From contig CAWVVV010000004.1 in the NCBI GenBank assembly GCA_963933835.1, positions 152,782 through 216,781 of the forward strand: a DNA stretch of 64,000 nucleotides, written 5' to 3'. How positions within the stretch are numbered: the stretch's first letter is position 1; every line of letters starts with the position of its first letter. The stretch is from an uncultured Puniceicoccaceae bacterium (lineage in GTDB: Bacteria; Verrucomicrobiota; Verrucomicrobiia; Opitutales; Oceanipulchritudinaceae). A program made the translations under genes and the position numbers. This document shows, piece after piece, positions 41,040 to 50,963 of the stretch. The notes beneath the pieces are model-generated. The model was given only the letters and a program-made list of their open reading frames with translations, did no database searches and was not told the DNA's origin.

Positions 41040-41081
41040 CGTGCCGTCAGGTTAAACGCTACCTTACATCCCTGTGAAGCC

Positions 41082-41966
41082 CTAATTCCAAGCAGAGAGG
41101 AGAATTCCAATAAACTGCAACAGACCAAATGCAACTAGGAGCATTGCAGTGCTTTGAAGCAAGCGATCCCAATGCTGCCGAGAGCGTCCCTGAGCGCGTG
41201 TTAAGCGGACGCAAATGCGCGCTCCCCACGGAGTCAAAAGCCAAGGCAGGAGAAGGCGCCAATCTTCGGCAAGAATAGCGAGGGCAAGGCTAGAAAAAAG
41301 TGCCAAGCAAAACATAAAAGCGTATTCAACCGACCCAAAGCGGACCCCATAGCGAACGATGAGTGTCCGTTTTCCTGCAGCCGTATCTGTTTCGACATCA
41401 CGAAGGTTATTCACCACGAGGAGGCTTGTCGCTAAAGCGCCGGGGATGACACCCAATATCCATGCACCCCTACTCCACTCTAGCGTCTGCAAATGATAAC
41501 TGAAAGCCGTCGCTATAAGCCCGAAGAAGATAAAGACAAAAACATCACCGAGGCCGTTGTAGCCGAGTGGATACGGACCACCCGTGTAAGCGATGCCACA
41601 CAGGATCGAAAGGACGCCGACAATCAATAGCCACCAGCCGCCGATCGGGATGAGGAGACATCCGGCAAGAAAAGCGGCAAACATCGTGAGGCCGGTTGCC
41701 ATACGCATCGCACCTGGCGTGATCCAACCTGAAGCGACGGCTCGCGACGGCCCCATCCGCTCATCCGTATCGGCGCCCTTCACGAAGTCATAGTAGTCAT
41801 TCGCGAAATTCGTCCCGATCTGGATGAGAAGCGCGAAGCTCAAGCAGACGATAGCTGGGAAGAAATAAAAAGCACCACCTGCATAGGCCCAAGCGAACCC
41901 AAGCAATACAGGGATCATCGCGGCTGGAAGCGTCTTTGGACGCGAAGCTAGAATCCAGGCTTTCAA
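41082..41966 (-). CDS. menA: 1,4-dihydroxy-2-naphthoate prenyltransferase
   Basis: RPKTL, NDYYDFVKGAD, NNLRDVETD..GKRT. Confidence 0.94.
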   Translation of the reverse strand: MKAWILASRPKTLPAAMIPVLLGFAWAYAGGAFYFFPAIVCLSFALLIQIGTNFANDYYDFVKGADTDERMGPSRAVASGWITPGAMRMATGLTMFAAFLAGCLLIPIGGWWLLIVGVLSILCGIAYTGGPYPLGYNGLGDVFVFIFFGLIATAFSYHLQTLEWSRGAWILGVIPGALATSLLVVNNLRDVETDTAAGKRTLIVRYGVRFGSVEYAFMFCLALFSSLALAILAEDWRLLLPWLLTPWGARICVRLTRAQGRSRQHWDRLLQSTAMLLVAFGLLQFIGILLSAWN

Positions 41967-42787
41967 AACAAGTCCGTCAGAATATCAAAAGTCCACACCA
42001 CCGTCACAGTGTTTGCGTCCAACCACCTTTGCAATGCCGCTGCATCGAGGGCTCCGGTCGAAAGCGCATCATATTCATTCACCCTATCATCGCTCAAGAC
42101 CCTCAGAAGCACTTTGATGTAGTCAGGTTTTGAATACATATCGGTCGTGCTGAGCGGAAACGACAGTGTTCCGCTTTGAGCGGAGGACAACAATACGGTC
42201 GTCGTCCCTGCATCAACCACACCGATCTCAATCTCGGTCGCCAGGATATTCCCGACCGTAAAAGCCGGCCACCAATCGCTTGCTAAATCAGACGGTCGAC
42301 CCGTGCCCAAGCTGCCTTGATTCCCGAAATTGGCTTCCCAATCATCTTCAATGAACCGAAAGAGTGAAAATCCAAGCGAACTAGCACTACCATTATAGTC
42401 AATCGGGAGGGCAGTCCATTCGACGAGCAGATTCCCGCTCCTGTCCGCAAATTGAAAGCCAGCCATATCAGCCAGCCAGGAACTTTTTCCTGCAGAGCTT
42501 ACTAAGCTTCCGTTCGGAAGACGCTGACCACTCAAGGCTTCCCACAGAACCCGTTCACCCAATTGGCCCCCAGCTACCCACGGATAATCGACGAGCTCAT
42601 TCCGGTAATCTTCAAGGAGCTGCGACATAAGAACCAGTTCTGCCTCGGCTCGGCCCATCAGAGCTCGTTCACGAATCCCATCCTGGGTCGTCAATACGAT
42701 CGCACCCAGAATCGCCAGAACTGCCATCACGACTATAATCTCAATCAGTGAGAATCCCAATCGTGAGTGGTGAGAGCGAGAGACCAT
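41963..42787 (-). CDS. Prepilin-type (type II/IV) protein, possibly chimeric
   Basis: GFSLIEIIVVMAVLAIL cleavage/methylation motif. Confidence 0.75.
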   Translation of the reverse strand: MVSRSHHSRLGFSLIEIIVVMAVLAILGAIVLTTQDGIRERALMGRAEAELVLMSQLLEDYRNELVDYPWVAGGQLGERVLWEALSGQRLPNGSLVSSAGKSSWLADMAGFQFADRSGNLLVEWTALPIDYNGSASSLGFSLFRFIEDDWEANFGNQGSLGTGRPSDLASDWWPAFTVGNILATEIEIGVVDAGTTTVLLSSAQSGTLSFPLSTTDMYSKPDYIKVLLRVLSDDRVNEYDALSTGALDAAALQRWLDANTVTVVWTFDILTDLF

Positions 42788-43084
42788 CGTAGGAACATAC
42801 CACCGGCAGTCACGTTGATGTCAATTCACGACGGATGACTTCCGAGGGGGCAACCTGCTCGATTCACCCAGCCGCCTCTCGGTGCAAAAGCACCTCGAAT
42901 CCTGCCTCATCCTTGCGAGTTGACAGCCAGAGAAAGAGTGATCTACATCCAATAATCTTAAGGCATTCATATGCCTTGTGCTGCCATAGCGCAGACTGCC
43001 CTGCCTGTCACATCCGTGGAGTTTAAATGCAGCGCAGTGTCTCTACTAATTACGGGGCATCCGCCCTTTCCTTATTTTCATAAT

Positions 43085-44218
43085 ATGAGTAACGACGAAG
43101 CGTCGCCATCTGAGGTTGAACTCAGCGGTCTCTTTGAGTCATCCAATCAAAACGGTGCTTTGCTGCAGGCAAAGTATCGCGGCAAGGCGCGTCCTACGGA
43201 CCCCTTTGTGCCGCGCGATCTCATTCGCCGTTTTAAAATCAAACGTGGCAGCACGGTGACGGGGATGGGACAGGCGGAGACGGCTCGTTATCCGAATCCC
43301 AAACTCAAATCGATCGACACAATCGATGGCTTATCACTCGAAGAGCACCGTCGACGCCTAAGTTTTGAACAGCTCACGACGATCACACCCGACTCCTGGC
43401 TCAAACTCGAGCGGGAAGGCGAAGACTGCATGTCGACGCGGATGATCGATATTTTTTGCCCGATTGGGAAAGGCCAGCGGGGCCTCATTGTCGCTCCGCC
43501 ACGCACGGGGAAGACTACACTACTCCAAGACATTGCTCAGGGGATTAACGCCAATCATCCCGAGTGCGAAATTCTGATCGTCCTTGTCGATGAGCGCCCT
43601 GAGGAGGTTACTGATATTGCGAGAACGTGCCCTGGGCGCCTCTTCGCGTCGTCGAATGACGAAAACACGAAGAGCCACCTGCACATGGCGGAGCTCGCGA
43701 TCGACCATGCTAAACGCTCCGTTGAGGGGGGTAAGGACGTCGTTTTACTGATGGATTCGATCACCCGTCTGGCCAGAGCTTACAATAGCTCCAAGGGCGG
43801 CGGCGGGCGCACAATGAGCGGTGGCCTTGATATCCGCGCGCTCGAAAACCCCCGCCAACTCTTCTCCGCTGCTCGCAATACTGAAGAAGCAGGAAGCCTC
43901 ACGATTATCGCCAGTGCACTGATCGAGACCGGCAGCCGAATGGACGATATGATTTTCCAGGAGTTCAAAGGAACGGGTAACATGGAGATGGTCCTCGATC
44001 GCGTATTGGCCGAGCAACGCGTCTGGCCCGCGATCAACATCGCCGCATCCGGCACACGGCGCGAAGAACTTCTCCTTCCAGACGATATTTTAAGGAAGTG
44101 TCACCTTTTCCGTCGTGCTCTCACCTCTTACAAGATTGAGGATGCGACCGAGACCGCCCTAGAGCGTCTCGCCAAAACCACCACAAACGAGCAGTTTTTC
44201 AAACTTCTCGATGTTTAA
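43085..44218 (+). CDS. rho: Transcription termination factor Rho
   Basis: PIGKGQRGLIVAPPRTGKT, DERPEEVT, EFKGTGNME, SGTRREE. Confidence 0.96.
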   Translation: MSNDEASPSEVELSGLFESSNQNGALLQAKYRGKARPTDPFVPRDLIRRFKIKRGSTVTGMGQAETARYPNPKLKSIDTIDGLSLEEHRRRLSFEQLTTITPDSWLKLEREGEDCMSTRMIDIFCPIGKGQRGLIVAPPRTGKTTLLQDIAQGINANHPECEILIVLVDERPEEVTDIARTCPGRLFASSNDENTKSHLHMAELAIDHAKRSVEGGKDVVLLMDSITRLARAYNSSKGGGGRTMSGGLDIRALENPRQLFSAARNTEEAGSLTIIASALIETGSRMDDMIFQEFKGTGNMEMVLDRVLAEQRVWPAINIAASGTRREELLLPDDILRKCHLFRRALTSYKIEDATETALERLAKTTTNEQFFKLLDV

Positions 44219-44336
44219 TCATCTGGCTCTCGCCTAGCAGTATTGCGGAACCAGCCCTCTCACGACCATACAAAGTAAAATACGTGAACAAATTGACTTG
44301 TCGCTCTTCTAAGTGGGGCTTTAGCTCCCCCGTTTT

Positions 44337-46103
44337 TTGCTAATGCTGAATTTTGCGGATCAATGCCTAGACATGGCGCGCGCCATGTTCGCCCATAACT
44401 TAGACGCTATTAACGCGGATGGTTCGATTCAACCCGTTGCAGGCGAAGCCTCACGGAACGATGAATCGGGACACGCTGCGCTCGCGCTAGGAGAATTTCA
44501 CCGAGCAACCAACGAGACCGAGTTCGAGGGACATGACCTCATCGATCTCGCGGCACGCTGTATTACGGCACAGTCGTTTGCGGACGAGTCTGCAGAGAAC
44601 GGCTTGGGCTATGCAGCTCTCGGCCTACTCAGCTTTGGTCCAGCGAAGGAACGTAATCCGGTTTGGGAGCGCTTGCTCGACCCGACGCGAGAGCAGCTCG
44701 ATCGCCGCCTCCTCGCTCGCACCGATTACGACGACCACTATCAGTCCTTCAATATAGCAAAAGCCGTCACACGCTTTAGCATGGGACTCTCGAAAAAAGA
44801 CGAGACCGGTCGCCTCATCGACCGCTACGTCGAGCGTTCAGAAAAACGGAGCAGCAATAGCTACCTCGATGACGGCCCTGGCGTCGGCGTCGGCGGTGTC
44901 TTTGACCTCTACGGCCCGATGAGCCTCGTCTTCATCCGCCAAGCTCTTCAGCTACACGGTAATATCCACCTCCGCGACCGGAAGCTCCCAAGCCTCCGCA
45001 CGATAGCGGACCGCTACCTAAAGCTTCTCCCTAGTCTCGTTCGCGCTGATGGCATGGGTTGGACTTTTGGACGTGGCATTGGCGTTTACGGCCAGATGCA
45101 CTGTATTTCGATCATCCTCCAAGCGATTCGCGATGGTTGGATCCCTGAAGAAAAGCGTCCTCAGTACATCGAGATCCTGCGCCGCCTCTTCCAGTTCTTC
45201 TTTATGACTTACCTCGATCAGGATAACGGATTTCTCGTTATCCGCGACGGCGAGCGCACAACACACGACCAGCACACTACGCGGATGGCGAACTTCGATG
45301 GAGTTCGCTACCTCTGCCAGTGGTCCCGCCTTGCCCGCGCTATCGGCGGGTCGATGGATGCGCAGCCGACATCACCGCGCACCGGCGGTCGCTGGGTTCA
45401 ATTCGACAAATCGAACAAGAAGGAACAAGGGCTCTTTATTTACCAAGACCCCGCTTCTAGCACCCACATTGCGATTCCGCTCATCGGCGGAGGTAAGCGT
45501 GGCAAATCTGACAGCCTTCCGTTCCCACACGCTCCTGGAATATTTGATTGGCCCGCCGACCAATATCTCCCGATCCTCATTCCCGAGCTTAAGTTTGGGG
45601 ACAAGCGAATCGTCCCTGCCTACTATGGTAAGCGCTGCGTCACGGGTATGGGCATGCGCCAGAGCTTCTACTTCCGTTACGAACAGCCTGAGCTGATCAC
45701 GGTCGATGAAGAGATGGTTCCAGGTCTCGGCAGCTGTAAAGTCTCATGGACCTTCTCAGGCGGAAAAATCACCAGTGAATTTTCGTTCCAAGTAAAGAAA
45801 CCGGTCACTTGTGACTCGATGCGTTACGTTCTCGCGATCGGCTCGCCGCACTCTGAGAAACACGTCCCGATGACTTATACATTGGGCGCTAATGGCCTCG
45901 GATGCTCGGTTGAAAAGGATGACTTCCACGCCTCATGGCAAGACACGGAAGTCGTTACAAATGAACCAGACTGCCGCACCTACTGGGGTAACCTCCATTA
46001 CCTCCAAACGCTCGTTCGCGATCATCCGTTGAACATGCGCCCTGGTCAGCAATACAAGCTCGCTATATCTTTCGATCCAGAGATCGCTCTGTTCGAAGGC
46101 TAA
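44337..46103 (+). CDS. Hypothetical protein (588 aa)
   Basis: Long ORF with host-like codon usage; no motif recognised with confidence. Confidence 0.75.
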   Translation: MLMLNFADQCLDMARAMFAHNLDAINADGSIQPVAGEASRNDESGHAALALGEFHRATNETEFEGHDLIDLAARCITAQSFADESAENGLGYAALGLLSFGPAKERNPVWERLLDPTREQLDRRLLARTDYDDHYQSFNIAKAVTRFSMGLSKKDETGRLIDRYVERSEKRSSNSYLDDGPGVGVGGVFDLYGPMSLVFIRQALQLHGNIHLRDRKLPSLRTIADRYLKLLPSLVRADGMGWTFGRGIGVYGQMHCISIILQAIRDGWIPEEKRPQYIEILRRLFQFFFMTYLDQDNGFLVIRDGERTTHDQHTTRMANFDGVRYLCQWSRLARAIGGSMDAQPTSPRTGGRWVQFDKSNKKEQGLFIYQDPASSTHIAIPLIGGGKRGKSDSLPFPHAPGIFDWPADQYLPILIPELKFGDKRIVPAYYGKRCVTGMGMRQSFYFRYEQPELITVDEEMVPGLGSCKVSWTFSGGKITSEFSFQVKKPVTCDSMRYVLAIGSPHSEKHVPMTYTLGANGLGCSVEKDDFHASWQDTEVVTNEPDCRTYWGNLHYLQTLVRDHPLNMRPGQQYKLAISFDPEIALFEG

Positions 46104-46132
46104 GCACACCTTAAACAACTTAGGAATTTCGT

Positions 46133-46297
46133 ATGGGACTTTTAAAATCCCCACTCGCCCCCATCGGTATTTGTACCGTTGTGATGGGCGCCGCTGCTTC
46201 ATTTGTCTTAAACCCGTTTGTCGGGATGGGCGCGATTTTATTTGGCGCCTGCTTGATGCTTCGAGGTCTTGGTTGCACAGGAGACTCCGACGAATAG
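46133..46297 (+). CDS. Small hydrophobic protein (54 aa)
   Basis: MGLLKSPLAPIGICTVVMGAAASFVLNPFVGMGAILFGACLMLRGLGCTGDSDE; AGGA upstream; fills the gap before hisF. Confidence 0.5.
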   Translation: MGLLKSPLAPIGICTVVMGAAASFVLNPFVGMGAILFGACLMLRGLGCTGDSDE

Positions 46298-46319
46298 GTT
46301 TTAGACTAGTCTATTATCC

Positions 46320-47084
46320 ATGCTCACAGCTCGCGTCATTCCATGCCTAGACGTCACCGCCGGTCGCGTTGTTAAAGGTGTGCGTTTTGAAGAACTACGC
46401 GACGCTGGAGATCCCGTTGAGATAGCCAAAGCCTACGAGGCTCAAGGTGCCGACGAACTCGTCTTTCTCGACATCACGGCATCGAGTGATGGCCGAGGGA
46501 TCATGCGCGAAATCGTCGAGCAAACCGCAGCTCAGTGCTTTATGCCACTGACAGTTGGCGGGGGTCTGCGCACGGTTGAAGACATCCGCGCGATGCTCAA
46601 CGCAGGAGCGGATAAGGTCAGCCTAAACACCTCTGCCGTTCTCGATCCCGAGTTGATCCGCGCTGCATCGAGTAAATTCGGCAATCAATGTATTGTCGTC
46701 GCGATCGATGCAAAACGCTCGGATGACGGGACCAGCTGGGAAGTCTACACCCACGGTGGACGCAACCCCACGGGTCGCGATGTCGTCGAATGGGTGAAAG
46801 AAGTCGAGCGCCTCGGCGCCGGCGAAATCCTTCTCACAAGCATGGATGCGGATGGCACAAAAGACGGCTACGACATTCCCCTCACACGCGCTGTTTGCAA
46901 CGCGGTTAAAATTCCGGTCATCGCCTCGGGTGGAGCTGGTAATGCGACGCACATGGCCGAGGTTGTCCTCGAAGCCTCCGCTAGCGCCGTCCTCGCCGCC
47001 TCAATTTTTCACTTCGGAGAACTCACTGTCGCGGACACGAAGGCCGTCCTGAAATCAGCGAACGTCCCCGTTCGCCCAGTCTAG
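46320..47084 (+). CDS. hisF: Imidazole glycerol phosphate synthase cyclase subunit
   Basis: [30 protein letters not shown]. Confidence 0.97.
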   Translation: MLTARVIPCLDVTAGRVVKGVRFEELRDAGDPVEIAKAYEAQGADELVFLDITASSDGRGIMREIVEQTAAQCFMPLTVGGGLRTVEDIRAMLNAGADKVSLNTSAVLDPELIRAASSKFGNQCIVVAIDAKRSDDGTSWEVYTHGGRNPTGRDVVEWVKEVERLGAGEILLTSMDADGTKDGYDIPLTRAVCNAVKIPVIASGGAGNATHMAEVVLEASASAVLAASIFHFGELTVADTKAVLKSANVPVRPV

Positions 47085-47158
47085 ACGATTTGATTTTTGG
47101 CAGGATCTGCTCTTGCCTTAGAAAGCCTTTCTTCCTCCTCTCTTTTAGATTCATTTCC

Positions 47159-47235
47159 GGAGGCGTAGCTCAGCTGGATAGAGCAGCGGTTTTCTAAACC
47201 GCAGGTCGCGCGTTCAATTCGCGCCGTCTCCACCA
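47159..47235 (+). tRNA. tRNA-Arg(TCT)
   Basis: GGAGGCG acceptor, GCGGT-ttTCTaa-ACCGC anticodon arm, GTTCAATTC, CCA. Confidence 0.93.
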
Positions 47236-47269
47236 TTTTTCTACTACACGCCAGAACCCTCGTATCCCG

Positions 47270-47665
47270 ATGAATCGTTCCCTCGCCAAAGTCTCGGTCA
47301 TTGTTCGGGATTACGATGAGGCGATCGACTACTACGTCAAAACGCTTGATTTTGTCTTGATCGCAGACGAAGTCGTCTCTGAGGACAAACGCTGGGTAGT
47401 CGTCAGCCCGAGCGCTGCCAGTGCAGCGCAACTCCTTTTGGCGAAAGCGAAAAACGAGCAAGAGCTCGAAGCCATCGGCAATCAAACCGGCGGGCGCGTC
47501 TTCCTCTTTCTCGAAACAGACGACTTCTGGCGGGACTACAACCGCTACAAAGAAGCAGGCGTCGACTTCGTTGAAACACCCCGAAGCGAGGCCTATGGAG
47601 ACGTGGTTGTATTTAAAGATCTTTACGGAAACAAGTGGGACCTAATTGGCCACCGCTCCGCCTAA
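47270..47665 (+). CDS. VOC/glyoxalase family protein
   Basis: V.DYDEAI.YY, GNQTGGRV, F.DLYGNKWDL. Confidence 0.93.
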   Translation: MNRSLAKVSVIVRDYDEAIDYYVKTLDFVLIADEVVSEDKRWVVVSPSAASAAQLLLAKAKNEQELEAIGNQTGGRVFLFLETDDFWRDYNRYKEAGVDFVETPRSEAYGDVVVFKDLYGNKWDLIGHRSA

Positions 47666-47683
47666 ATCAACTTTAAGAAGAAC

Positions 47684-49186
47684 ATGGCAAAAACAACAGA
47701 AACGTTTGAATCCCTTACCGAGCACCTCCGACGCATCGATCGCTTATCGTCCGTCGGGGAACTTCTATCGTGGGACGAACAGGTTAATCTTCCGACCGGA
47801 AGTGCGGGTCTGCGTGCGGAGCAAGCCAGCCTTATGGCTGAACTTACGCACCGAGAAGCGTCCTCCCCTCTCCTCGGCCAGTTGATCTCTAAACTCGGTG
47901 ATGCTTCAGACCAACTTGATGACGGCCAGCAGGCAGTTTTGCGCGATGCAAAACGCGGCTACCGTGAGGCCACAGGGCTATCGGCGGAATTCGTCCGGCG
48001 GCGAACGATGGCACATAGCGAAGGTTTTCATGCCTGGCTCAAAGCACGTGAATCAGGAGACTTTAAGACTTTTCTGCCGACGCTCGAAACGAACATCGGG
48101 CTCGCACAGGAGCAGGCGTCCCTTCTCGGGGCCAAAGATCCCTACGATTATTGGCTAGATCAATTCGACCCAGGACTGAATCAAGCAACGGTCGAAGCGC
48201 TCATTTCACCTCTGAAGGGGGAGATTCAATCCCTCCTCGAAAGCATCTCCGCCTCTGATCTAAAGCCACCTGCGACAACATTGAGGGGATTCCCGATCGA
48301 TCGACAGGAGGTCTTTCTCAGAGAAGTCGTGACAGCCTTTGGGTTTGATTTCGAGCGAGGTCGACTCGATCGATCAGTGCACCCGTTCTGCGGCGGCCAT
48401 CCTTTGGATCTGCGCATGACGACACGTTTCGATCCCGACAATCCACTCGATTCGCTCAGCAGCGCGGCCCACGAATGTGGCCATGCGCTCTACGAGCAAG
48501 GCCTGCCGACTGAGTATTCAGGGACAGCTTTGGGTCAGGCCGTTGGCATGGCGGTGCACGAATCCCAAAGTCGTCTCTGGGAAAACCAAGTCGGCCGCAG
48601 CCGCGCCTTTTGGAACGGATGGGAAGCTGACTACCGCAAGCAATTCTTGACACAGCTCGAAAGACTCTCTTCCGACGATCTCTACTTCCTGATCAATCGC
48701 GTCGGCGTGGGCCCGATCCGAGTCGATGCCGACGAAGTGACCTATAATCTCCACATCATGCTGCGTTTTGAGCTCGAGAAGCAGCTGATCGGGGGCGAAC
48801 TCAAGGCGATTGATCTACCCGAGGCATGGAACGACTTATCTGCACAGATCTTGGGCTATACTCCAAAAAACAACGCTGAAGGCTGTCTTCAGGACGTCCA
48901 TTGGTCCGGCGGGGCGTTTGGCTACTTTCCGAGTTACTGTATCGGAAACATCATTTGTGCCCAGCTTTGGGAAACGATCATGGCCGCACTCCCAGATTTA
49001 GAGGCTCAAATAACGGCAAAAAACTACGCGCCATTGCGCGAGTGGTTACGGTCGCATGTTCATTCACTGGGCCGGCGTTATCTGACACAGGACTTCGTTC
49101 GCACGGTCACCGGACGTCCCCTCAGTCACGAACCGCTCATCAAGTATTTAAAGGATCGCTATGGACGGCTCTACGAAGCCGTTTAG
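47684..49186 (+). CDS. M32 carboxypeptidase
   Basis: HPF, HECGH, HESQS, IRVDADE, QDVHW, YFPSY. Confidence 0.96.
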   Translation: MAKTTETFESLTEHLRRIDRLSSVGELLSWDEQVNLPTGSAGLRAEQASLMAELTHREASSPLLGQLISKLGDASDQLDDGQQAVLRDAKRGYREATGLSAEFVRRRTMAHSEGFHAWLKARESGDFKTFLPTLETNIGLAQEQASLLGAKDPYDYWLDQFDPGLNQATVEALISPLKGEIQSLLESISASDLKPPATTLRGFPIDRQEVFLREVVTAFGFDFERGRLDRSVHPFCGGHPLDLRMTTRFDPDNPLDSLSSAAHECGHALYEQGLPTEYSGTALGQAVGMAVHESQSRLWENQVGRSRAFWNGWEADYRKQFLTQLERLSSDDLYFLINRVGVGPIRVDADEVTYNLHIMLRFELEKQLIGGELKAIDLPEAWNDLSAQILGYTPKNNAEGCLQDVHWSGGAFGYFPSYCIGNIICAQLWETIMAALPDLEAQITAKNYAPLREWLRSHVHSLGRRYLTQDFVRTVTGRPLSHEPLIKYLKDRYGRLYEAV

Positions 49187-49334
49187 TTCACAATTTTAGC
49201 TCGCTTAAGCTGCATGCTTTTTGTGCCGTTTATAGAGACGACCCGGATATCTCTTAATTTGAAGTGAAAAGTGCTCAAATTGGGCAATAGTCTGGAAATG
49301 CAGTAACTCTTCCCTACGATTCTATTCCATACGT

Positions 49335-49832
49335 ATGGCAAAGCCCGAACAGTGCTCCAATTGTAGTAAACCAGCCACGATCCACCTAACTCAGATCATT
49401 AACAATCAGATCCATAAGGTGGATCTGTGTGAGGATTGCCCACATAAGAAGAGTGTCACCGATTCGGAGGCATTCTCGCTCGCTGATTTTCTTCTAAAAC
49501 CCCAGATGGATAGCACTCGGGAGCATTCCAGCTGCGATCATTGCGGTTTTACTCCCGCTGATTTCAAGAAGACTGGGCGCTTCGGATGCCCGAAGTGCTA
49601 TGATAGCTTCAAGGGAATGCTTCGGCCGATGTTGTCAGGCATGCACAAGGGCCTCGAACATGCAGGAAAATCGCCTGACCAAGTCATCGCCCGCTGCGCC
49701 GCTCGCAACGAGCTGAATACCGTCCGCGACGCGCTCGGTCAAGCGATTCGCGATGAGAATTACGAAGAAGCAGCCAAGCTGCGCGACCAATTGCGCCAAA
49801 TCGAAGAAAACGCACCCGCTAACCAAGACTGA
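49335..49832 (+). CDS. mcsA: McsA (UVR domain, CxxC) activator
   Basis: Four CxxC motifs, YEEAAKLRD; upstream of mcsB-clpC. Confidence 0.9.
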   Translation: MAKPEQCSNCSKPATIHLTQIINNQIHKVDLCEDCPHKKSVTDSEAFSLADFLLKPQMDSTREHSSCDHCGFTPADFKKTGRFGCPKCYDSFKGMLRPMLSGMHKGLEHAGKSPDQVIARCAARNELNTVRDALGQAIRDENYEEAAKLRDQLRQIEENAPANQD

Positions 49833-50938
49833 TGAAAGAATCCTCAGGCATGGATCTGTCGAAGATCATCGAGAACGGCAAGGCACCCGAAAATGGTGGC
49901 CACCCAGCGGAGCCTATTGTGCTGAGCACGCGGATTCGATTAGCGCGCAACATCGACCCATATCCCTTTCCCGGTTGGGCCAAATCGGCCCAACGATGCG
50001 TCCTCCAAGAACAGCTCTTGGAATCTGTCGCATCAACTGAGGTGATGAATAACGGCATCAAGCTCGATCTCTCCAATACGGACGAATTCGAGCGACTTGT
50101 GCTAGTCGAGCGTCACCTCATCAGCCGTGAGCTCGGCGAAGCCGAAGATGGAGCGGGGGTTGTTTTCAGCTCCGATCAGCAACTCTCGGTGATGATTAAT
50201 GAGGAAGATCACCTCAGGCTTCAAGCCGTCGCAAATGGGTTTAATTTTCATTCCACCTGGCAGACCGTTAACGCCCTCGACACGAGCCTCGAAGACAAAC
50301 TCGACTACGCCTATTCCACTGAGCTTGGCTACCTTACAGCTTGCCCGACGAACTTAGGAACAGGGATGCGTGCATCCGCCATGCTTCATCTGCCGGGCCT
50401 CGTCATCCAGGATAACATTGAAAAAGTCATCCGGATGGTCAATCAGCTCGGAATGGCCGTAAGGGGTCAATTCGGGGAAGGTTCTGAAGCGACCGGAAGT
50501 ATTTTCCAGATCTCCAACCAACAGACTTTGGGCGAAAATGAGGCCGAAATCATCGATCGCCTGCGGAGTATCCTGAAGGCCATCATCCAGCAGGAAGAGA
50601 ATGCCCGCCTCAAAATCCTCGAGGAGAAACCGCACAAGCTCTTCGATAAAATCGGCCGCGCATATGGCATTCTCAAAAACGGGCATCTTTTAAGCTCAGA
50701 AGAAACAATGAATCTTCTCAGTTTGATGCGCCTCGCCGTCGATTTGGGAATGCTTCCTCAAGATCACCGCAGTGAGGTCGATCGTCTCTTAGTAGAAATG
50801 CAACCAGGCCACTTACAGTATTTTGCACAGCATTCCATCGAGCCCGATGAACGCGACCGGCAAAGGGCGTGTCTGATCAGAAACGCTTACGCAAAAATAC
50901 CTTCTTTGAATTTTGACCTCCCTACCCCAGGACCGTAG
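49832..50938 (+). CDS. mcsB: Protein-arginine kinase
   Basis: RIRLARN, NEEDHLR, CPTNLGTG. Confidence 0.93.
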   Translation: MKESSGMDLSKIIENGKAPENGGHPAEPIVLSTRIRLARNIDPYPFPGWAKSAQRCVLQEQLLESVASTEVMNNGIKLDLSNTDEFERLVLVERHLISRELGEAEDGAGVVFSSDQQLSVMINEEDHLRLQAVANGFNFHSTWQTVNALDTSLEDKLDYAYSTELGYLTACPTNLGTGMRASAMLHLPGLVIQDNIEKVIRMVNQLGMAVRGQFGEGSEATGSIFQISNQQTLGENEAEIIDRLRSILKAIIQQEENARLKILEEKPHKLFDKIGRAYGILKNGHLLSSEETMNLLSLMRLAVDLGMLPQDHRSEVDRLLVEMQPGHLQYFAQHSIEPDERDRQRACLIRNAYAKIPSLNFDLPTPGP

Positions 50939-50963
50939 TCTCTTTTAACACTTTCCCACACTT

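Noticed and set aside
42900..43084. Possible structured RNA in the rho leader
   Set aside because: A TTGACA and small hairpins are present, but no recognisable family motif.
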